Of a DNA stretch of 64,000 bases, positions 1-9,590 are shown one piece after another. Numbering within the stretch: the first letter of the stretch is position 1; the number at the start of each line of letters is the position of its first letter. Source of the DNA: Magnetococcales bacterium (GTDB taxonomy: Bacteria > Pseudomonadota > Magnetococcia > Magnetococcales > DC0425bin3); contig JADGCO010000011.1 of assembly GCA_015228935.1 (NCBI GenBank), positions 1,048 to 65,047 on the forward strand, in the 5' to 3' direction. The notes under the pieces were generated by a model. The model worked only from the letters and a program-made list of their open reading frames with translations. It did no database searches and was not told where the DNA came from. A program made the translations under genes and the position numbers.

Positions 1-44
1 GGAGGTTCAACCTCCCTCCCCTCTCTGCAACGCTTTGTTCACGT

Positions 45-1268
45 TCAGCCTTTATGCATAGCCGCCGAACCCAGGTCCCACATGGGCATGAAGATGCCCA
101 GGGCCAGAACCAGAACCAGGGCACCGATCACGAGCAGAAGAATCGGTTCGATGGCCGAGGTCAAATTCTGAACATCATACTCCACCTCCCGCTCATAGAA
201 TTCTGCCACTTCCTGCATCATTTCGTCCATGGAGCCGGTCTCTTCACCCACCGCCATCATTTGCAGGACGAGCGGCGTGAACAATTCACTGGAAAAGGCG
301 GCCTGGATCATGCTCTCCCCCCGTTCGATACCATTGCGCATTTCAAGGATTTTCATGGCAACATACTCATTGTCCACCGCCTCCCCCACGGCAAAGAGGG
401 TCTGGATGATCGGCAAACCGGAACGGGAACCCATGGCAAAAGCCCGCGCAAAACGAGAGAGGGTAGCCCGGTTGATGATGGTCCCGACAATGGGCATGCG
501 CAACTTGTACCGGTCCCAATGCTTGCGTCCCTCTTTCGAGTTGACATAGTAACGAATGGAAAAGATCAATATTCCCATGCCAAGAAGAATAAAAGCGGCA
601 TATTGTTCGGTAAACGCCGAAGCAGATAATAATATTTTGGTGAATACCGGCAGGTCGGCCTTGAACTGGGCAAACACCCCCTTGAAGGCCGGAATCACCT
701 TGTAGGTGACCACAAACATGGCCCCGACAATGGCGATCATGACAAACATGGGATAGCGCAAGGCTCCCTTGATTCTTTTGCGCGTCTCTTTTTCAATCTC
801 CATGTATTGATACAATTGCAGGAACGACTCCTGCATGCGTCCGGTCTCCTCCCCCATGCGGACAATGCGCAGATAGAGTTGATTGAATATTTTCGGATGT
901 TCTGCCATGGCCGCCGAGAGGTCCCGACCCGCCTGCAAATCCTCGATGATCTGCCGCATGGCCCGGGCAAGCCTTTTGTTATGGGTGCCATCCGCCAGGC
1001 CCTGAAAGGAGCGTACCAGGGAAACCCCGGATTTGGTCAGGGTATACATTTGCCGGGAAAACAGGATCAAGTCATTGTCACTGGGCCACTCTTCCAGAAA
1101 AGAGAGTTGAATCTCCCCGCCTGCTCCCCCTGCGTCCTCTGCAATCTCAATGGGTTCGATGCCTCGATTGAGCAGTTGATCCACCACGGCATCGGCTGAC
1201 GGAGCCTGGAGCGTTCCCTTGACAACGGCACCGTTGCCGCTGCGACCACTGTAACGAAAATTGGGCAT
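45..1268 (-). CDS. mshG: Type IV pilus / T2SS inner-membrane platform protein, GspF/PilC family (MshG-like)
   Basis: 407-aa ORF with two GspF-type repeats that carry the conserved loops RMGEETGRMQESF and AVGEETGSMDEMM. It has hydrophobic TM segments and is the last gene of a cluster in msh order. Confidence 0.9.
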   Translation of the reverse strand: MPNFRYSGRSGNGAVVKGTLQAPSADAVVDQLLNRGIEPIEIAEDAGGAGGEIQLSFLEEWPSDNDLILFSRQMYTLTKSGVSLVRSFQGLADGTHNKRLARAMRQIIEDLQAGRDLSAAMAEHPKIFNQLYLRIVRMGEETGRMQESFLQLYQYMEIEKETRKRIKGALRYPMFVMIAIVGAMFVVTYKVIPAFKGVFAQFKADLPVFTKILLSASAFTEQYAAFILLGMGILIFSIRYYVNSKEGRKHWDRYKLRMPIVGTIINRATLSRFARAFAMGSRSGLPIIQTLFAVGEAVDNEYVAMKILEMRNGIERGESMIQAAFSSELFTPLVLQMMAVGEETGSMDEMMQEVAEFYEREVEYDVQNLTSAIEPILLLVIGALVLVLALGIFMPMWDLGSAAMHKG

Positions 1269-1311
1269 CGATCCGCCTTATGGCAATCCAGATCATCAGA
1301 TCAAAAGAACA

Positions 1312-3315
1312 TCAAACCGCGTTTTCGACAGCCGCTTCTGCAACCGGGTATGGGGCTTTTTTGACAACCCTCCCCTCTTCCTCTTCATCGTCATCCGGGT
1401 CACCGATTTCCGTGGTCAGCCGCATCACCTCTTCCATGGTGGTGACTCCCTTGATGGCATAATTCAGGGCCGCCATGTGCAAGGGGACGTACCCTTTCTG
1501 TTTTTTGGCCGCCTCGATGAAGCCGGCCGTATCATCCCGACTCAGGGCCGAAACCAGGGATCCCTTGACCTCCAACATTTCAATCACGGCTATACGCCCG
1601 CGGTATCCGGTATTGTTGCATTGGGTACACCCCTGTCCCTTGACCAGCGTCGGCAGGGGGCCACCCTGGACCCCCAGCAACCCCTGCAACAAGACCCGTT
1701 CATGTTCTTCAAGTTCGTAGGGTGCCGCACAATCCCGGCACACGCGCCGCACCAGACGCTGGGCCAGGATACAGCGCAACGCCGACGCCACCGCAAAACT
1801 CTGTACTCCCATATCCACCAGGCGGATGGCCGTGCTGATGGCATCGTTGGTGTGGAGGGTGGAGAGGACCAGATGGCCGGTCAAGGCCGCACGGATGGCA
1901 ATCTCCGAGGTCTCCTTGTCCCGCATTTCCCCGACCAGCACCACATCCGGATCCTGCCGCAACACGGTTCGCAACACACTGGCAAAGGTCAAACCAATCT
2001 TGGCATGAATCTGCACCTGGTTGATACGGGGCAAACGGTATTCGACCGGATCCTCGACCGTAATGATTTTGCGCCCTGGCTCATTCAGCGCATTGAGCGC
2101 CCCATACAGCGTCGTGGTCTTGCCGCTGCCGGTGGGACCCGTCACCAGAATCAAACCGTGGGGCCGATGGATGAAATAGGTGAACCGTTTGAGTAGTTCC
2201 TCCTCCATGCCCACCATTTGCAGATTCAGGCTGTCCCCGGTTTGGTCCAGCAACCGCATCACCACCGATTCGCCATCCTGGATCGGCAACGTGGACAAAC
2301 GTACATCGACACTGCGATCCTTGACGGTCATGTTGAACCGTCCATCCTGCGGCAGACGCTTTTCGGCAATCTCCAAGCCTGCCATCAGTTTGAGCTTCGA
2401 CACCAGCGCCGGGGCAATCTGTTTCTCCTTGACGATCTGCTCATGCAAAATTCCGTCAATCCGTTGACGAATGCGCAACACATCCTCATCCGGCTCGATG
2501 TGAATATCCGAGGCATTGACCTGCAAGGCATCCTCGAAGAGCGATTGGAGAATTTTCACCACCGGAGCATCGACGGCCATCTCCGACTGGACGATCTGAT
2601 CCAGGCTGAAAGCTGCGGATTTTTGAATCTCCTCGCCCAGGGCCTCGGCATGTTCCTGGATCTCTTCCGTGCGCCGGAAGACCCGATCCATGGTACGCAA
2701 CAGATCGGTTTCGCTCACCATGGCCAGCCGGGGGGGACGCTTCAACAGCCGGGTCAATTCATCAAAAATAAAAATATCCGTGGGATCGGCCATCCCCACC
2801 AGAAGGCCTTCCTTGTTTTCGGCCAGGGCAATGGCCCGGAAACGCCGCGCATGGCTTTCGGGAATTTTCTGGATGATTTCCTGCTGGAATTGAAAATTGC
2901 GCAGATCGACGAATGGCAGGTCCAACTGCTTGGAAAGAAATTCCAAAAATTTGGTTTCGCTGAGGATTCCCAGGTAGGCCAGGGTCTGTCCGAGCTTTTT
3001 GCCGCTCTTTTTCTGTTCCCCCAGCGCCTTCATCAGTTGCTCTTCGGTGATCATGCCCTGGGCAACCAGGGCATCACCGATCCGCACCTTGCGCCGCTGC
3101 TGGGCCAGAAACCGTTGCAGTTTCTCTTCGGTGACAAATTTCAGTTCGAGGAGCGCCTGACCAATCTTGCAATCCTTCTCCTTTTGATAGGACAAGGCCT
3201 GCATCAACTGCGCCTCGGAGATGATCTGGTTTTGCACCAGAAGATCGCCGAGACGCAGTTTTTTCTTGGCCTGGGGTTGACCAGCGGTCTGTCCCTGTTG
3301 ACCTGCTTGTTCCAT
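1312..3315 (-). CDS. mshE: Type IV pilus extension ATPase, GspE/PilB family (MshE-like) with duplicated N-terminal MshEN-type motifs
   Basis: Walker A GPTGSGKTTT, Walker B-like region LVGEMRD and a tetracysteine CRDC...CTQC. The N-terminus has four 24-aa RLGxxLVxxGxIxxxxLxxALxxQ-like motifs. Confidence 0.9.
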   Translation of the reverse strand: MEQAGQQGQTAGQPQAKKKLRLGDLLVQNQIISEAQLMQALSYQKEKDCKIGQALLELKFVTEEKLQRFLAQQRRKVRIGDALVAQGMITEEQLMKALGEQKKSGKKLGQTLAYLGILSETKFLEFLSKQLDLPFVDLRNFQFQQEIIQKIPESHARRFRAIALAENKEGLLVGMADPTDIFIFDELTRLLKRPPRLAMVSETDLLRTMDRVFRRTEEIQEHAEALGEEIQKSAAFSLDQIVQSEMAVDAPVVKILQSLFEDALQVNASDIHIEPDEDVLRIRQRIDGILHEQIVKEKQIAPALVSKLKLMAGLEIAEKRLPQDGRFNMTVKDRSVDVRLSTLPIQDGESVVMRLLDQTGDSLNLQMVGMEEELLKRFTYFIHRPHGLILVTGPTGSGKTTTLYGALNALNEPGRKIITVEDPVEYRLPRINQVQIHAKIGLTFASVLRTVLRQDPDVVLVGEMRDKETSEIAIRAALTGHLVLSTLHTNDAISTAIRLVDMGVQSFAVASALRCILAQRLVRRVCRDCAAPYELEEHERVLLQGLLGVQGGPLPTLVKGQGCTQCNNTGYRGRIAVIEMLEVKGSLVSALSRDDTAGFIEAAKKQKGYVPLHMAALNYAIKGVTTMEEVMRLTTEIGDPDDDEEEEGRVVKKAPYPVAEAAVENAV

Positions 3316-3423
3316 GGCTTGTCACCCCCTGCGGTGCGCACACCGCAACCCACATCAGAAGCTGTCCATAAACTCTCGTACAAAACAAATCGGGAAGAAA
3401 GATTGGCTTCGATCATGACCCTG

Positions 3424-6273
3424 TCAGTTTGACAGCGCCTGGATCCTCTTGCCGACAAAATTTTTCAGGTTCAACTTGAGTTGACCATTGTCCATGGCAT
3501 TCTGGTAGGCCTGCAAGGCCGAGGTTTTTTCTTCCACCCCCTCCAGGGAGATGGCCAAACCCATCCACCAGATGGAATTATCCGTATGTTTTGCCAACAA
3601 TTTTTCGTACAGTTCGATGGCTTTCCAATGGTTTTTATTGCGCTGGTACATGGCGGCGAGCAGGGCCATGAGTTCCTCATCTTCCGCCCCACCCTGGGCC
3701 TGGGCATTTTCCAGCACCCCCAGCGCCGATTCCGTCTTGCCGTCCTGGACAAGAATCCGGGCAAACAGCTTGACGAGGCCCGCATCGAAACCCTTGGCCA
3801 AGCCTTCGGATAGCAGGGGATAGGCCTCATTGGACCGCCCGGAGGTGAACAGGATCCGGGCCAGAAATTCCCGGGCACGCTGGTTGACCGGATTCAAATC
3901 CAGGGCACGCCGGGCAAACTCCTCGGCCCCCTTGAGATCGCCTCCCTGTTCCAACCGTTGCGCCTCTTGATAAAATTTGTCCGATTGCATGCTTTTCCCG
4001 GACACACCATCCCCGGCTTTTTGTATCACATCTTTCAGGGGTTTGGGTTTATGCAGGAAGGGATAGGGCTTTTCTGCGCCTGCACCGGTTTCCGTCTGCT
4101 TTTCCGAAACCTTGGCCGGTTTGCCCGCCGGCGCGGCATGGTCCGTCAACAATGGATCGGCCTCGGCAGCGACCATGGCCGCTTCGCCCGTCTTGTTGCT
4201 GTAATCCTCCAGCACATCAACCGCCGCATCGCTTTTATTGACTTGGACCGGTCCATCCCCTTTTTTGACCAGAACCTCCTCTCCCCCTTTGCTGGCCAAA
4301 ACCAGCTTTTCTCCCTTGCCCGACATATCACCCGGGCTGTGAGAAGAGTCGATTGTCACCACATAGCCGTCCCGTTTCTCACGCTTGCGGAACTCAATAT
4401 TGGCTTTTTCGGCATCCCGCAACTCATGGAAGCTGCCAATACGCACTGTCTTGCGCATTTTCCCCGCAGTATTGCCATTGGGCAATTCCAGAATATAGGG
4501 ATCGTACCCGCGCTTGCGCAGCTCACGCACCAAGTCCCGGGCTGTTTCATCCTCCATGAAAGCCCCTACCTGAATGGCGTAACGATCCTTTTCATCGATA
4601 TAATTTTTTTGGGACACAACCCGGCTGCCGACTCCAGCCGCTGGTAGGTTGCCTGAAGATTTGTTGGTTTCGGCGGCCCGGGATTTTCCGGATAGGTCAC
4701 CGCCACTCCCGGAAACGCCAGAAACTTCCGCAACCTCAGGTTCGGCCACAGTTGTTTCAGCCACAGACTGCCGGGGCATGCTTTCCCTGGCCCTGGATGC
4801 AACATTTCTGGTTTCCTGCACCTTGGCTTCCGTTACCTTGGCTTCTGCTGCTTTGGCTTCCGTTACCTTGGCTTCTGCTACCTTGGCCTCTTCTACTTTG
4901 GCTTCCGTTACCTTGGCCTCTGCTACCCTGGCCTCTGCTACTTTGGCCTCTGCCACTTTGGCCTCTGCCACTTTGGCCTCTGCTACTTTGGCTTCCATTA
5001 CCTTGGCCTCCCGGCTCTTGTCGGACCGGGTCTTGTTGGTACGCTTCTTCTCATTGTCGGGAGTTGTCTCGTTATCCAGGACGCCAGGCGCAACCGTCCC
5101 ATCATTGCGCCGGGCAATGAACTTGATGAACGAACGGGACTCCACCGGCAGGACATAGGCCTTGCCCAGTTCGCCACCTTTGAACTGTTTCAAGGCTTTC
5201 TTGGCCACTTCCATATCGGTGAACAAACCGAAACAGACACTGTGCCACAGCGCATTATCCACACCCCGTAATCTCAGGATATAGGGAAACTGCCCCTTGT
5301 CCCGCAATTTGGCGGCCAGGGATTCCGCAGCACTCCCCTCACGAAATGACCCGGCCTGAATCGCATAAAGGAAAAACGGTTTGCCGTTCTCGCCCCCGGT
5401 CGTGGCGGGAGGGTCCACTTCGGTGGCATGGGATTGAGGCGTGGCCGAGAGAACCGGCGGCAGGACATCCACCGATGGATTGCTGACCTTGCCATCCATC
5501 TGCACCAGGGGAACCTCTTCCACGGCCTGGGCCACAAACGCCCCCTCCACCCCCTGGGCATCATACATTCCCGAGACTGCTGCCGCTTCCTCCCGACTGC
5601 CAAAAGGCCCGGAACGCACGGCAAACATGGGACGATTCAAAAAATCCCGTACCGGAGAAATCCGGCTGGACTCGCGTACTTTGGCCGGCAACCCCGCCTG
5701 AAAACGGATCGCCTCTTCCGTGGTAAAAAATACCCCCAGTTGCACCATGAACGGTGCCGGAAACACTTTTCCGGGATCCCGTGCCACGCCGGATACCGGG
5801 TTGACTGGCGCGGTGGCATTGCCGGAAGCCAACCGCTTGCCCGCCTTGGCAGATTCGGATTCCTGATCATGATCTCCGGAGACAAAATCGGTATCCGATT
5901 CCAGGGATACATCCGCATCTTCGGAGGCATCCACATCAAAGTTGGGGCTGCGGGATTGACTGTCACCTGTCAGGGATCCGTCACCCGGGAAACGTTGTGG
6001 TTCCCGTTGGCCTGCCGAGGATTCCTGCCGGATTTTTGGTTCCGCCGACCGGGAGGTATTCCCGGAATGGCCTTGCCAGATCCAGGGTGTCACGGCAAAA
6101 GCCGTGGCCAGGGCCATTCCTGCTGCCAACCACAACATTTTCTGGCGACCCGATCCTGATCCCATCCCGACTGGAACCTTGACCATCCCATCGGCCCCGA
6201 CCTCGCCCAGAGAGTGACCCGGGGCATGCCGAATCTTCTCGAAATCACGCAACATTTGATGAATCAGGCTCAC
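3424..6273 (-). CDS. mshN: MshN-like TPR protein expanded by three SPOR-like domains and an (AEAKV)n repeat
   Basis: MshN-like N-terminus (MSLIHQMLRDFEK plus a TM segment) and a TPR-like C-terminal ~200 aa. Three segments resemble SPOR folds (FMVQLGVF..., LYAIQAGSF..., YAIQVGAF...). The position between mshM and mshE fits. Confidence 0.6.
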   Translation of the reverse strand: MSLIHQMLRDFEKIRHAPGHSLGEVGADGMVKVPVGMGSGSGRQKMLWLAAGMALATAFAVTPWIWQGHSGNTSRSAEPKIRQESSAGQREPQRFPGDGSLTGDSQSRSPNFDVDASEDADVSLESDTDFVSGDHDQESESAKAGKRLASGNATAPVNPVSGVARDPGKVFPAPFMVQLGVFFTTEEAIRFQAGLPAKVRESSRISPVRDFLNRPMFAVRSGPFGSREEAAAVSGMYDAQGVEGAFVAQAVEEVPLVQMDGKVSNPSVDVLPPVLSATPQSHATEVDPPATTGGENGKPFFLYAIQAGSFREGSAAESLAAKLRDKGQFPYILRLRGVDNALWHSVCFGLFTDMEVAKKALKQFKGGELGKAYVLPVESRSFIKFIARRNDGTVAPGVLDNETTPDNEKKRTNKTRSDKSREAKVMEAKVAEAKVAEAKVAEAKVAEARVAEAKVTEAKVEEAKVAEAKVTEAKAAEAKVTEAKVQETRNVASRARESMPRQSVAETTVAEPEVAEVSGVSGSGGDLSGKSRAAETNKSSGNLPAAGVGSRVVSQKNYIDEKDRYAIQVGAFMEDETARDLVRELRKRGYDPYILELPNGNTAGKMRKTVRIGSFHELRDAEKANIEFRKREKRDGYVVTIDSSHSPGDMSGKGEKLVLASKGGEEVLVKKGDGPVQVNKSDAAVDVLEDYSNKTGEAAMVAAEADPLLTDHAAPAGKPAKVSEKQTETGAGAEKPYPFLHKPKPLKDVIQKAGDGVSGKSMQSDKFYQEAQRLEQGGDLKGAEEFARRALDLNPVNQRAREFLARILFTSGRSNEAYPLLSEGLAKGFDAGLVKLFARILVQDGKTESALGVLENAQAQGGAEDEELMALLAAMYQRNKNHWKAIELYEKLLAKHTDNSIWWMGLAISLEGVEEKTSALQAYQNAMDNGQLKLNLKNFVGKRIQALSN
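4818..5010. repeat. 15-bp tandem repeat (about 13 units) encoding (A/T/E)EAKV pentapeptides inside mshN
   Basis: Direct reading shows ...ggcttccgttaccttggcttctgctgctttggcttccgttacc... with period 15. The translation is EAKVAEAKVAEAKVAEAKVAEARVAEAKVTEAKV... Confidence 0.9.
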
Positions 6274-6385
6274 GTTCAGCTCTCCATGCCATCTTGAGGA
6301 TCATTCCATCTTCAGGACCATCCGGTGCCACCGGGTCCGGATCAAGGGGTCGTCCGATGTTCAAAATTTCCGGTACAGATTCGAG

Positions 6386-7303
6386 TCATCCCATGTTCAG
6401 GACCTTCCGGCGCCGTTGGATCCAGGTGACAAAAAGCGCTATCAGGTCGTACAACCATTTGAAAGAAATATATTTTTTTGGCATCACAGTCGATACACCT
6501 TCCGTACTCTGGATGGCCATGCGCATATGCCGGGCATTCACCTGCATCTCTCGACCTTCGGCGGCCATGGCCAGGGCCTTGTTGGCCAGAATATGGACCA
6601 GACGCGGTGAACCCCGACTGCCACGGAACAAGGCCTCCAGTGCCCCATCCGCAAACAAATCCTGTCTGGTACACCCTGCGGCCAGCAAACGATGCCTGAC
6701 GTAGCTCCGCAACCGTTCCGCATCCATGGCCCGCAGGTGGCAGGAAGTGGCGATGCGCTGTTTCAAGGCACGCACTTCCGGCTGTTCCAACCTTTGATCC
6801 AGTTCGAGCTGTCCGAGCAGGACCACCTGGACGACTTTTTCCTTCTCTGTTTCCAGATTGGTCATCAGGCGCAGAGCTTCCAGGGTGGAATCGGGCACCG
6901 ACTGGGCCTCATCGACAAGGATCAGGGCTTTCATGCCGCGTGACCCCATCTGCATCAGTTTTTCGAGCATCCGGTTCAGCAACACCTGGAAGCCCATGCC
7001 CGGTTCGGCCTCGACCCCAAACTCGGCTGCCAGTACCTGATTCAAATCTCGTACCGAAAGTAACGGATTCAATAAATAGGCCACTGCATAACGTTTTTCC
7101 AAAGTTCCCAGGAGATAGCGCCCCAGCATGGTCTTGCCGGTACCGATATCACCGGTCACTTTGACGATCCCCTCTCCCTCCTCCAAGGCAGCCAGAACCG
7201 TCTTGGCCGTCATCAAAAACTCCACATCCTCGAACAGGAACTCGGTATCCGGCGTCAGGGAAAAGGGTGTGGTACGCATTCCAAAATGATTGAGGTAGTT
7301 CAT
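6386..7303 (-). CDS. mshM: AAA+ ATPase of the ExeA/MshM family
   Basis: Walker A GDIGTGKT and Walker B LILVDEAQ. The start at ATG 7303 is preceded by AAGGAGGAGG, so the longer ORF (to 7336) is unlikely. Confidence 0.85.
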   Translation of the reverse strand: MNYLNHFGMRTTPFSLTPDTEFLFEDVEFLMTAKTVLAALEEGEGIVKVTGDIGTGKTMLGRYLLGTLEKRYAVAYLLNPLLSVRDLNQVLAAEFGVEAEPGMGFQVLLNRMLEKLMQMGSRGMKALILVDEAQSVPDSTLEALRLMTNLETEKEKVVQVVLLGQLELDQRLEQPEVRALKQRIATSCHLRAMDAERLRSYVRHRLLAAGCTRQDLFADGALEALFRGSRGSPRLVHILANKALAMAAEGREMQVNARHMRMAIQSTEGVSTVMPKKYISFKWLYDLIALFVTWIQRRRKVLNMG

Positions 7304-7320
7304 CGCCGAACCTCCTCCTT

Positions 7321-9360
7321 TTATTTGGCCCACCAAAGCGGGCTGTTGGTTTCCATCTTGTCGATACGGTCGGCTGTTTCATCCAGCACACCTGCCCAAT
7401 CCTGTGACCCTTCGATCACTTGCGGCCGCATCAGGATGACCAGTTCACTCTTGACTGTACTTTTCTTGCTGTTGTTGAAAAGAGATCCGATCAGGGGCAA
7501 ATCCCCAAGAATGGGAACCTTGCCATCTGTCAGACGTTGCTGTTTTTTCATCAGGCCACCAATCACCACCATTTCGCCGCTCCGGACCCGCACCATGGTG
7601 TCCACTTCCCGGGAGCTGCTGAAGGCCAGGGGATAGACGTTCCGGGTTCCCCCATACTCCAGAATCCGGTTTTTTTCCGTCACGGTGGTGATCAAAGGAT
7701 GGATGTGCAACGTGATCATGCCGTCATCCCCGATCTGCGGTACCACATCCAATGCCACCCCCGAAAAAAAGTTTTGGAACTTGGGGGTCACGGTGGTCCC
7801 GGTGGAACCGCTCTGGCTTGTGCTTGTGGATGCCTCCATACTGGTCATGAAATATTCATCCTCACCGACCTTGATCACCGCCTTTTGATTATTCACCGTG
7901 GAAACCCGGGGATTCGAGAGAACCTGCACCTTGCCCTGGGTTTGCAACATATTGAGAAATCCGACAAAATCGTGCGCCCGCAAAGCCAGGGCAAAAGGGC
8001 CGTCACTGGCAGCCCGGGAGAGGATTCCCGTCTTGCCGTCCACCATGGAGATGCTGGGCGTCGTCGTCGTCGTAAATGTCGAACCATCCGGATTTGTCCC
8101 CGTGGTCGTCGAGGTCGGTTGGGTCGTAAACAACTGGAACGGTGATGCCGAACTGCCCGTGGCACTCGTCACCCCCGTCCTGGGTTCGCTGGCCAGAGGC
8201 GTTTTTGTGCCAAGTCCACGGTTGATGGCCATCCAGTCCACGCCGAACTCAAACCCGTCACTGAGTTCCACCTCCAATATTTTGGCCTCCAGAATGACCT
8301 GACGGCGACTTCTCTGGGCCAATTTGTTCAAGTAGCTTTCAATTTCGCGCAAATCTTCCGGATAGGCCCGTACCATCAACAATCCGGCCTGGCGGTTGAT
8401 CATGTAGCTCTTGCCGTCCGGGGATGTGGCTACCTGGACTTTTTTCTCCGTCGCAGCACCGGCCCCCGCCGCACCACCACTCCCTGTGGCTCCCGGGGAA
8501 CTCCCCGCAACATCCCCCGTGGTGCTTCCGGTCTCATCACCCCCTTCAGATGGTTTGGCAGATTGTCCACCGGTAGATGGAGACATTTTCAGGAAAGTCT
8601 TCAGGGTCTTTTCCAGCTCCTCCCAAAAATCGGAATCGTTGGTTGTCTTGATGTTGCTCCCGGAAATATCCGATGTCGTCGATGTGCCTCCTCCTGATTG
8701 ATTCGATGTTTTCGTGGTGCTGGAGACACTTCCGGAACTGACAGAGGTATTGGAAGAGCCTTTGCGCGCCACTGCCAAAATGTCAACTCTGAAAGTCCGG
8801 GTCGCCAATCGCCTGGGAAAAATCCGGAAACTGCCCCAGGAATCCCGATGTTCCGGTTCCCGGAAACTGCAATCGAAGCCGTAGATTTCGCAGATGGTAT
8901 CCACGGCATCCCGCACGGTCACATCCACCAGCGTCAAGGGCAGTGACACGTCCATATCAATCTTCGGATGCACGATCATCGTGTACCGGGTTCCTTCCAC
9001 CAGGCTCAAAAAAAGATCACGCGCCGGTATCTTGCCTCCCTCGGACATGATCAGGTCGATCCGATGTTCATCGGGGCGAGTCGCCACTTTCTTGGCTTTA
9101 TCCGCAATGGCGGGTCCTTTCAAGGATGGCAGCAAAGCCTCCAGAACCATCTCGGGCAGGTCCCCCCGGGCAACGGCATCCCTCTTGTGGCGCTCGGCTT
9201 TGACGCTCTCCGGCATGATGGTATCGACAGCATCCTTGAATTGGGATTTTTCCCCCTGCTGCATTCCGACGCACGAAACCAGAAGAGAAACACCCACCAT
9301 CCAAACCAGGACCGGCCTTTTGGCAATGAAACCCACCAATCGATGGCGGTAAACCTTCAT
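7321..9360 (-). CDS. mshL: Secretin (MshL/PilQ/GspD family), lipoprotein-type
   Basis: C-terminal secretin signature VPILGDLPLIGSLFNNSKKSTVKSELVILMRPQVI. Starting at ATG 9360 gives a signal peptide with the lipobox LLVSC. A long S/T/G-rich low-complexity insert is present. Confidence 0.9.
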   Translation of the reverse strand: MKVYRHRLVGFIAKRPVLVWMVGVSLLVSCVGMQQGEKSQFKDAVDTIMPESVKAERHKRDAVARGDLPEMVLEALLPSLKGPAIADKAKKVATRPDEHRIDLIMSEGGKIPARDLFLSLVEGTRYTMIVHPKIDMDVSLPLTLVDVTVRDAVDTICEIYGFDCSFREPEHRDSWGSFRIFPRRLATRTFRVDILAVARKGSSNTSVSSGSVSSTTKTSNQSGGGTSTTSDISGSNIKTTNDSDFWEELEKTLKTFLKMSPSTGGQSAKPSEGGDETGSTTGDVAGSSPGATGSGGAAGAGAATEKKVQVATSPDGKSYMINRQAGLLMVRAYPEDLREIESYLNKLAQRSRRQVILEAKILEVELSDGFEFGVDWMAINRGLGTKTPLASEPRTGVTSATGSSASPFQLFTTQPTSTTTGTNPDGSTFTTTTTPSISMVDGKTGILSRAASDGPFALALRAHDFVGFLNMLQTQGKVQVLSNPRVSTVNNQKAVIKVGEDEYFMTSMEASTSTSQSGSTGTTVTPKFQNFFSGVALDVVPQIGDDGMITLHIHPLITTVTEKNRILEYGGTRNVYPLAFSSSREVDTMVRVRSGEMVVIGGLMKKQQRLTDGKVPILGDLPLIGSLFNNSKKSTVKSELVILMRPQVIEGSQDWAGVLDETADRIDKMETNSPLWWAK

Positions 9361-9522
9361 CCGACTCACCCTGGCCCAACTTATAGGTCTTTCTGATTGC
9401 AACCCTTTGCCAATCCCGCCCCATGGCACCGGTCCCACATCAAAACCGCCAACAGGAACCCAAACCCATGCCGGGATCATCCGGGTTTATGCAAGCAACA
9501 TTCCAAATAATTTAATAATCCG

Positions 9523-9590
9523 AACCTGTCACAAGCCGATCTCATCCCGGTCCAGACTCAACCTGTCACAAGCCGATCCATTCCCGGCTC
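9523..9590. repeat. 31-nt imperfect direct repeat (period 37) spanning the mshJ stop codon
   Basis: aacctgtcacaagccgatc occurs at 9523 and again at 9560, each followed by similar sequence (tcatcccggtcc / cattcccggctc). The second copy contains the real stop codon. Confidence 0.8.

Noticed and set aside
1-30. The hairpin GGAGG-TTCAA-CCTCC at the window edge, resembling a tRNA T-arm (GTTCAA).
   Set aside because: The loop is 5 nt rather than the canonical 7-nt T-loop. The following bases do not form an acceptor 3' strand or CCA. The window cuts off anything upstream. It is more likely a terminator-type hairpin downstream of mshG.
4649-5158. Plus-strand ORFs translating to LASATLASATLAS... and PLPWLLLLWLPLPW... 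repeats.
   Set aside because: They are reverse-strand readings of the 15-bp (AEAKV)n coding repeat inside mshN and are not independent genes.
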